A stretch of 63,990 bases of DNA, the filler included, from an uncultured Methanosarcinales archaeon (GTDB lineage: Archaea; Nanobdellota; Nanobdellia; Woesearchaeales; JAGLXL01): NCBI GenBank assembly GCA_964472345.1. It is 11 parts of 11 records of this genome, joined end to end, with 100 filler letters (N's around TTAATTAATTAA, not from the genome) between each part and the next. Parts side by side here need not be neighbours in the genome. Positions count along the whole stretch, not along the records: positions 55,561 to 60,588 come from CAYYLB010000074.1; positions 60,689 to 63,990 come from CAYYLB010000095.1; 9 more parts are not named here. One strand, given 5' to 3'. Shown here in pieces: positions 57,828 to 63,990 of the stretch. Position 1 is the stretch's first letter. Each line of letters opens with the position of its first letter. Made by a program: the position numbers and the translations under genes. Under the pieces are notes generated by a model. That model saw only the letters and a list, made by a program, of their open reading frames with translations. It did no database searches and was not told the origin of the DNA.

Positions 57828-59171
57828 TCAAGACTGCGCCGTGATGCGCACATCATCAATATAGAAGCGGTCAGCGCCCAAATCCGCGAGCACGTGGAAC
57901 CTTATGCAGGTTTCCGTGCTGAGATAGGGCGTGAGATCGACCGCCTGCCTGGCATAGGATGACGTGCCGCTTCCCGAGGAGAAGACCTCCCCATATCCCG
58001 AAACGGAGGTGTTGATGTCGAGTTTCCCGTACTCGCCGGCATCCAGCCCCTCCTTCGCCCAAGCGAACTCAAGCGTCGCTGCAGAATAACTGCCAAGGTC
58101 CAGGCACGCGGTGAGATAGTCGGTGTCGCTATCGTGGTCATCAAGCTGCGCAACCCATGTCCCGTTGTACACATTCTTGTTGTTCCGCGTGATATGCCCA
58201 TCACCTTGCGAGCAGAGCGTCCAGACGCCGGGATGCGCGCACTCGCCGGCGCCCCAGCTCTCGAAATCATCATAGAACAGCACCGCGCTCGCGGGAGGCA
58301 GCGGAAGCGTCCGGTTCGTGCCGTTCGCATCGGCGGCATTGGTATTCCCTGCAAGGTCCTGAGTGTGGAGCGTGATGGCATGTGCCGTGTCCGGCGAAAA
58401 GCCCGTGGCGTTGTAAAACGCATCGCTCGTATTCGCGACATTCACCCCGTCGATGAAGATGATCGCCTTGCTGAAGTCCGCATCAATGGGATTGCTCCAT
58501 GTCCAGTAAATCCAGGTGGTGCCCTGCACCGGGCTCAGGAGGCTGCTGACGCTTCCGGGCGGTGTTATATCGGCAACACACGCCGAGGTGTCGTAGCTGC
58601 AGCCAGCCGAGCAGGCCAGCGCGCCTCCGCTGTAGCCAAGGCCAACGCAGTTTTCACCGCCGAGATCAGAACCATCACACTGCTCACCAGTTTCTTTCAG
58701 GCCATTGCCGCACACCGGCTGAGGTGAGGCGACCGTCAGGATGCCCGTGGCATTGAAGCGCACCGCATCGTCAACGGCTTCAACGATAATCCAGTAAAAA
58801 CCTTCCTCCGTCGGCAGCGTCCCGTTGATATCGAAGCCAAAGCTCCGGTGCAGCGTGTCCTGCCCGCCAAAGAACGAGACCGCGAGCGTCCTGTTCGCCG
58901 CGGCAACCCGGTCGATCGTGTTCGGCAGTGCGATGTACACTCTCGTGCGCGCGCCCGGCCCCTGCTGGTACACGAGCTCCGCCGCATCCCCAAGGTCATC
59001 GATCGCTGCGCGCGCTTTCACATGCCGCGACTGCTTTGTCACAAGGCTGAGCACGTCAAACTGGACCTGGAGGAGGATGAGGAATACCATCAGCAGCACC
59101 GCAAGGACGATGAGGAACTCGGTTGCGCCCTGGCCTCTCCGGAAGCCGCCCGCAGCGTGTGTCCGTCGCAT
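57828..59171 (-). CDS. Pilin-like adhesin: class III signal peptide, Cys-rich repeat, FN3 and jelly-roll-like domains
   Basis: RRG/QGATEFLIVL; CGNG..GEQCDG..C; WTWSNP.D.DF; FYDDFES. Confidence 0.8.
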   Translation of the reverse strand: MRRTHAAGGFRRGQGATEFLIVLAVLLMVFLILLQVQFDVLSLVTKQSRHVKARAAIDDLGDAAELVYQQGPGARTRVYIALPNTIDRVAAANRTLAVSFFGGQDTLHRSFGFDINGTLPTEEGFYWIIVEAVDDAVRFNATGILTVASPQPVCGNGLKETGEQCDGSDLGGENCVGLGYSGGALACSAGCSYDTSACVADITPPGSVSSLLSPVQGTTWIYWTWSNPIDADFSKAIIFIDGVNVANTSDAFYNATGFSPDTAHAITLHTQDLAGNTNAADANGTNRTLPLPPASAVLFYDDFESWGAGECAHPGVWTLCSQGDGHITRNNKNVYNGTWVAQLDDHDSDTDYLTACLDLGSYSAATLEFAWAKEGLDAGEYGKLDINTSVSGYGEVFSSGSGTSSYARQAVDLTPYLSTETCIRFHVLADLGADRFYIDDVRITAQS

Positions 59172-59175
59172 GGCA

Positions 59176-60168
59176 TCAATACACATCCTCATCAGGATAG
59201 ATGCGGATCCCCTCGTTGGAAATCGTCATGGGGAAGATCTTCGCCGAATGCTTCGTGGCGCGCATCTTGAACACTTCGAGCGCGCGCTCGCGGATGTTCC
59301 CCCGGCGGATGTTGTACAACAGGATGACGCCGTCGACCTCAAACTCCTCGACCGACGAGATGTGCTCCTCAGGATTGAGCTCCTGCTCCGCGACGAGCAG
59401 CGAGGTGCAGCCCCACTTCTTCAGCGCGTCGAACAGCGCAAGCGAGGCGCGCCGCTGCGCAAACGCAGTCTCATGGAGGAGCGTGAACGCCGTCAGCGAG
59501 TCGAAAACGATGCGCGTTGCGCCGATGCTTTCCACGGTGTCCCTGATCGTGCCGCCGCCGGTCTTCAGCACATTCTCCACCTGCTCCGGCGTGTACGAGA
59601 TGACGACGAGCCGCTTCTGCCGGATTTTCTCACGGAGATCCCATCCAAATGACTCCATATCAGAGAGGATATCCTCCTCAGACTCCTCGAAGGAGACATA
59701 AACCCCCGGCTCGTTGAACTGCTCGATGCCCGTGACGAGGAACTGCATCGCAAAGATGCTCTTGCCTGAGCCGGAGCCGCCGGCGACCAGATTGGCGTTC
59801 TTGCGCCGGAAGCCCCCGCTCATGACCTCGTCAAGCCCCGGGATGCCGGTCGTGACGCGGCCCATTGCCGAAGCAGGCACGGGCGCCCCCGGCACGAGCT
59901 TTGCCTTCACCGCCTCCTTGAGTTTCGCCGCGTCAATGCGTCCGGAAGAGGCAGCCGCCTGCTGCTGGAGCTGCGACAGGGTGCCTTGCGGCCGCCGCAC
60001 ATGGACCTTTCCTGCGTGATAGTGGACGGTCGGCTCGTGCACATCGGCGTGCTCCTGCGTCCTGATGCGCCGCCCGATGTGGCGCCGGATCGCTTCTTTG
60101 TCAGCGATCCCCTGATTTGGCGCTTTTTCCGGAGGTCCCCGCCGCTCAACGCGATCAAGCAGCCCCAT
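59176..60168 (-). CDS. KaiC/RAD55-family ATPase
   Basis: TGIPGLD, GGSGSGKS, SFEE, VFDSL, KMRAT. Confidence 0.92.
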   Translation of the reverse strand: MGLLDRVERRGPPEKAPNQGIADKEAIRRHIGRRIRTQEHADVHEPTVHYHAGKVHVRRPQGTLSQLQQQAAASSGRIDAAKLKEAVKAKLVPGAPVPASAMGRVTTGIPGLDEVMSGGFRRKNANLVAGGSGSGKSIFAMQFLVTGIEQFNEPGVYVSFEESEEDILSDMESFGWDLREKIRQKRLVVISYTPEQVENVLKTGGGTIRDTVESIGATRIVFDSLTAFTLLHETAFAQRRASLALFDALKKWGCTSLLVAEQELNPEEHISSVEEFEVDGVILLYNIRRGNIRERALEVFKMRATKHSAKIFPMTISNEGIRIYPDEDVY

Positions 60169-60378
60169 TCACGACCCCCTCCAGTAGTGCAGCTTCGCGG
60201 AGCCCGCACGGCGCACGTCGATCTTCCCCTCGCCCTCGAGCCGCGCAAGCGCCTTCGCAGCCGTGATGGTGGAGACATGGCTGTGCTCCGCAAGCTCCTT
60301 CAGCGTAAGCCCGCGCGGATTGCTCTTCAGCAGCCTGCGCATGCGCACGTGCAGTGCATCGATGGTTGTCCCGCTCAT
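60169..60378 (-). CDS. Small wHTH protein
   Basis: GLTLKELA..TAAKALARLE..G; abuts the KaiC gene. Confidence 0.8.
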   Translation of the reverse strand: MSGTTIDALHVRMRRLLKSNPRGLTLKELAEHSHVSTITAAKALARLEGEGKIDVRRAGSAKLHYWRGS

Positions 60379-60688
60379 CCCCTGCCCCTGGTGCCCGAAA
60401 GCGTGTTTGTAGCAGTTAATGGTATCTGTTTATTATTGAGTTTATTCTTAAATTTTAAACCTAAAGGTTAGCTATATTCGTTACCACTATTTAAACATTG
60501 TGGGGAAAAATCCAGAAAGCCCCAAAGAAAAGCACGAGGCTGAACGTTCGCCCGTGGAGCGGTGCCGCGCCAAACGGATGCGGAAAATNNNNNNNNNNNN
60601 NNNNNNNNNNNNNNNNNNNNNNNNNNNNNNNNTTAATTAATTAANNNNNNNNNNNNNNNNNNNNNNNNNNNNNNNNNNNNNNNNNNNN

Positions 60689-61871
60689 GTATGTGCTGAG
60701 CGCGTTTTTCGCCCTTGCAACATGGTACACCTATTGGCTCTGGATAAAGGAAAACCGGAAACCGTGGTGGTTTGTGCTATCGGCAGCACTCCTCTTCCAC
60801 AGCCAGATCTACACCTTTGCAGCCGTCCTCTTCTCTCTCGCAGCCCACTTCGTGCTCTTTGAAAGGGAGAGGTGCACGCCCGCCTGGCTCAGGAAAAACG
60901 CGCTTCCGCTCGTAACCATCCTCATGGCGACCGTCCCCTGGTTCGTGCTCACGGGCCAGCTCGCCGGAAAAGCAGGCGGCATAACACTCAGCCCGCTCCG
61001 GTTCGGCCTTGGCCTTGCGCTCTATGGCTACTACACCGCAGTTCTCCTCCTCCCGCTCATCCTAGTGATCCCCGCCATAGCTTTTACACTATGGAAGGAA
61101 GGATGGAGCGACCAGCGCAGGTTCATCGCAACAATCCTGCTCGCCTCATTCGCATTCCTCCCCATCAAGGGAGACCTGCTTCCCGCCGCACGGTATCTGG
61201 TCTTCCTGATCCCATTGTTCTCGATAGTGACGGCAGAGGCGCTCGCCGTGGTAAGGCGGAAAAATGCCATCGCAGCGCTCGTGCTGGTGGTGGTGATTGG
61301 TGCATCTAATGCAGTCCACGTTGCGCCGCTCATTCCATTGAAGCCGCTGCTGGACGCAGTCACCATCGGCAAAGCGCAGGAGCTTGAGAGTGAGTTCATC
61401 AGCCAATCGCTCGCCCCGCGCGCATATTTTATTGAGTATGTCTATGAGATCACCCACCACACCGCAAGCGCCGAAGAGGAGATTATCAGGCTCATGGGCG
61501 AGGATAGATCGCCTGACGACACATTCATCACCAGCAGCTTCGCGCATGTGATTCTTGTCTATACGGAGATGGAAGTCGGCCTTCCTGATGCGCGTGCGGA
61601 GTCATACTACAAAAAAACAGGGCAGCGGCCCCCCGACCGGATCCCGGAATGGATCATCCCGCGCGGATTCAGGTTCGAGCAGGCGGAGACAGCTGCATTC
61701 ATCAGGGAAGCTGACGCAAAGTATGACCTCTCGCGCTACAGGCAGGTGACTATTGGCATCAATGATGAGGAGCGCTGGGCAAGCTCCCCTGACCCCATCA
61801 ACCATGAGTGCAGGACGGACCGGAGCGCCTCATTCGTGATCTACACACTGAAGCGCGTGGGCGCACCATGA
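60689..61871 (+). CDS. Multi-TM GT-C (ArnT/PMT-like) glycosyltransferase (5' cut by contig end)
   Basis: Many TM segments, VPWF, RYLVFLIP; glycosylation gene context. Confidence 0.6.
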
Positions 61872-63142
61872 AACGCAGGCGGCTGCTCAGGGAGCTCATC
61901 GGGGAGCTCAACCGCAGGAAGGTGAGATACTGTATCCTCAGGAATTATGAGTTCCTCCTCGACCTGCGGGAGAAGCCCGGCTTCGACCTTGACATCAGCA
62001 TCGCAAAAGAAGACCGGAAGGAAGCAGAAAGCGTGCTGTACGCTCATGGATTCATCCGAAAGCCGAAGCAGTTCTCACTCCGCCATCGGGGCTACCGCTT
62101 CTTCTCCGCAGAAGAGATGATAAACATAGGCATTGATGTCCAGTGGGACGGAGTGGTGTGGAACGATATCGAGTATCTCGACAGCAGCATCTACGGAAGA
62201 AGGAGGAAACAGGGCTGGCTCTTCACGCTCGCGGCCGAGGACGCATTCATCATGTACCTCTGCCACTCGCTGCTCGGAAAGCGCTTCTTCAAGGAGAAGT
62301 ACGCGCGGAAACTCGGGGAGCTTGCCCTGAGTGATCTTGATTTTGCTGCCGTCGCGCGCCATCTCGGTTCTGTCTTTCGCCATCAGCGTCTCGGGGAGCG
62401 TCTTGTGGAGCTTGTCCGGGAGGGCCGCTTCGACGAGCTGCTTGCCATGAAGAGCATTATCGCGCTGCGGTTCATCGGCCTGCGGAACCTGCCCCGCTTC
62501 CTTGCACTCAGCATCCGCTGGCTGTGGGAGAAGAAAGTGCCGCATGCCTACCCCCTTATCGTGTTCATAGGGCCTGACGGCGCAGGAAAGTCGACCGCAG
62601 TCGCCGGCCTCCAGCAGGTCCTTTAAAAGAACCACCGTCCGGCCGCAGTCGTCTACCTGGGCAGGGGCCGGAGAAACATTCTTCCCATCGCATCCGCAGG
62701 AAAGAAAGTGAAACACTCGCTCGCATCGCGCCCGCTCCTCGTACGAAAGCTCATCTACAGCTGCGCAGCGCCGCTCTACACTGTTGATCTGTTGCTCAGA
62801 TATGCCCTGAATGTCTGGTGGAAACGCCGCCGGTGCATCGTGCTCGCCGACCGCTACGGGACAGACATCTACCTCATGCCTTATGCGGGCAGCGCCTTGC
62901 GGAGCGCCCTCTTCGCGTTCTTCCCCAAGCCGGCGCTCGCATTCTACCTCTACAATGACCCGTTGGTGCTCTACAGGCGCAGGCGCCAGCAGACCGTAGG
63001 GGAGCTGCAGCTCCAGCTTGCCCTGTTCGGGGAGATGGCAGCAGCCATGGGCGCAGTCCGCATCAGGAGTGCGCGCAGGCAGCAGGTGCTGGCAGAAGCA
63101 GCGCAGCACGTCTTTGCGTACCTGGCTAAGAAAGGGATGTAA
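61868..63142 (+). pseudogene. Nucleotidyltransferase-like + thymidylate-kinase-like fusion split by one in-frame TAA (62624-62626)
   Basis: YCILRNY..DLDI; GPDGAGKST; same frame resumes with LADRY and PKP motifs. Confidence 0.75.
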
Positions 63143-63174
63143 CTAAGGATTACGAAAAGGGGCGCCCGTGATGA

Positions 63175-63990
63175 TCACGACAATTGCTGGATTTTATGAT
63201 ATAATGCGATGAATCGCCTCGCAGCCCGACGGACATCGAACTGCTCCCGTTTCCTGAACGCGCGCTCCGCCCGCCGCTTCGCTTCCTTAGGCTTGCGGAG
63301 TGCCATGACGATCGCATCTGCCAGCGAAGCGCTGTCTGCCGGCTCTGCGTAGAACAGCTCACGTTCACCAAAAATCTCCAGCAGCTCGGGCTGCCGTGTG
63401 GTGACCACAGGCGTCCTGCACGCGACCGCCTCAAGAAGGCAGGAGGGGTTGCCCTCGGTGCCGATCAGGTCGATGTAGGGGAGGACGACGACATCAGCGA
63501 GATTCACATAGTCTGCGACGTTGATCTCATGGGTCGCAATGCTCACATGCTCCCTGATGCCCGCATCATCGATAAGCTGCTGGTACGCGGGCGGAACAGG
63601 ATGGCGCAGGGCAAGCACAAGGTGCGCAGAAGGATGCGCCCGCAATACGGCGGGGAATGCGCACAGCAGATGCATGACTCCTTTCTTCTCGAAGAGGCTG
63701 CCATAGTAGAGAAGAACTTTCTTTTCGGAGAAGCCGTAGCGTTTCTTGAGCGGGCGCTTGCTGCGCGGCGCGAAACGCGCGAGATCAATGAACGACCGAA
63801 GGACAGCAATCTTTCCCCCGGGCGCGCCGCTGGCGCACAGCCGCTGCCGCATGACCTCAGTAGGGACGGTGACGTGATCGACGAGCCGCAGCAGCCACGC
63901 GAAGCCCCGTGAAGAGCGCGAGGAGGACTTGATGGTATGCACGGTTGCTGCCCGCGGCGCCGCAAGGACGCGCACAAGGAATGTGCGGAG
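63175..63990 (-). CDS. GT4-family glycosyltransferase (5' beyond window)
   Basis: YYGSL..KKG; ADVVVLP..EGNPSCLLEA. Confidence 0.9.
   Translation of the reverse strand, partial: LRTFLVRVLAAPRAATVHTIKSSSRSSRGFAWLLRLVDHVTVPTEVMRQRLCASGAPGGKIAVLRSFIDLARFAPRSKRPLKKRYGFSEKKVLLYYGSLFEKKGVMHLLCAFPAVLRAHPSAHLVLALRHPVPPAYQQLIDDAGIREHVSIATHEINVADYVNLADVVVLPYIDLIGTEGNPSCLLEAVACRTPVVTTRQPELLEIFGERELFYAEPADSASLADAIVMALRKPKEAKRRAERAFRKREQFDVRRAARRFIALYHKIQQLS

Noticed and set aside
1..63990. CRISPR array, rRNA, integrase, reverse transcriptase or viral hallmark genes
   Set aside because: None seen on either strand

Overview
This window is not continuous DNA. It is 11 short assembly contigs, in decreasing length order, joined by artificial 100-nt linkers (N-TTAATTAATTAA-N), plus one 100-N scaffold gap. 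The gene content is archaeal: TBP, MCM, GINS, RPA32-like, aEF-1alpha, aIF-2alpha, L10e, L44e, S27e, Nop10, Rpp30, SAMP/TtuA and Rad50. A bacterial-type GroEL, many class III signal-peptide (pilin-like) genes, tandem Lrp/AsnC, TrmB and AbrB-PhoU regulators suggest a high-GC DPANN archaeon, probably Woesearchaeota-like (inference). The most notable observations are: (1) four tRNA genes absent from the ORF track (Pro-CGG, Ser-CGA, Asn-GTT, Ile-GAT) carry seven BHB-type introns, including non-canonical 15/16 and 59/60 sites, and both CNN tRNAs have an intron helix that fits U34 rather than C34; (2) a low-GC Fic gene is bracketed on both sides by the same TGTTGTCCAC-N24-GTGGACAAT site, like a mobile cassette; (3) two pilin-like genes have near-identical 5' ends and unrelated Cys-rich 3' ends, one lacking a start codon, on either side of a HEPN-MNT module; (4) a two-copy MITE family; (5) an outer-membrane beta-barrel-like lipoprotein, a DsbA-CuA fusion and a Tat-exported Zn-phospholipase C/nuclease; (6) a 55-nt overlap showing that two contigs are adjacent in the genome. 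All protein assignments come from motif recognition by eye; no searches were run.
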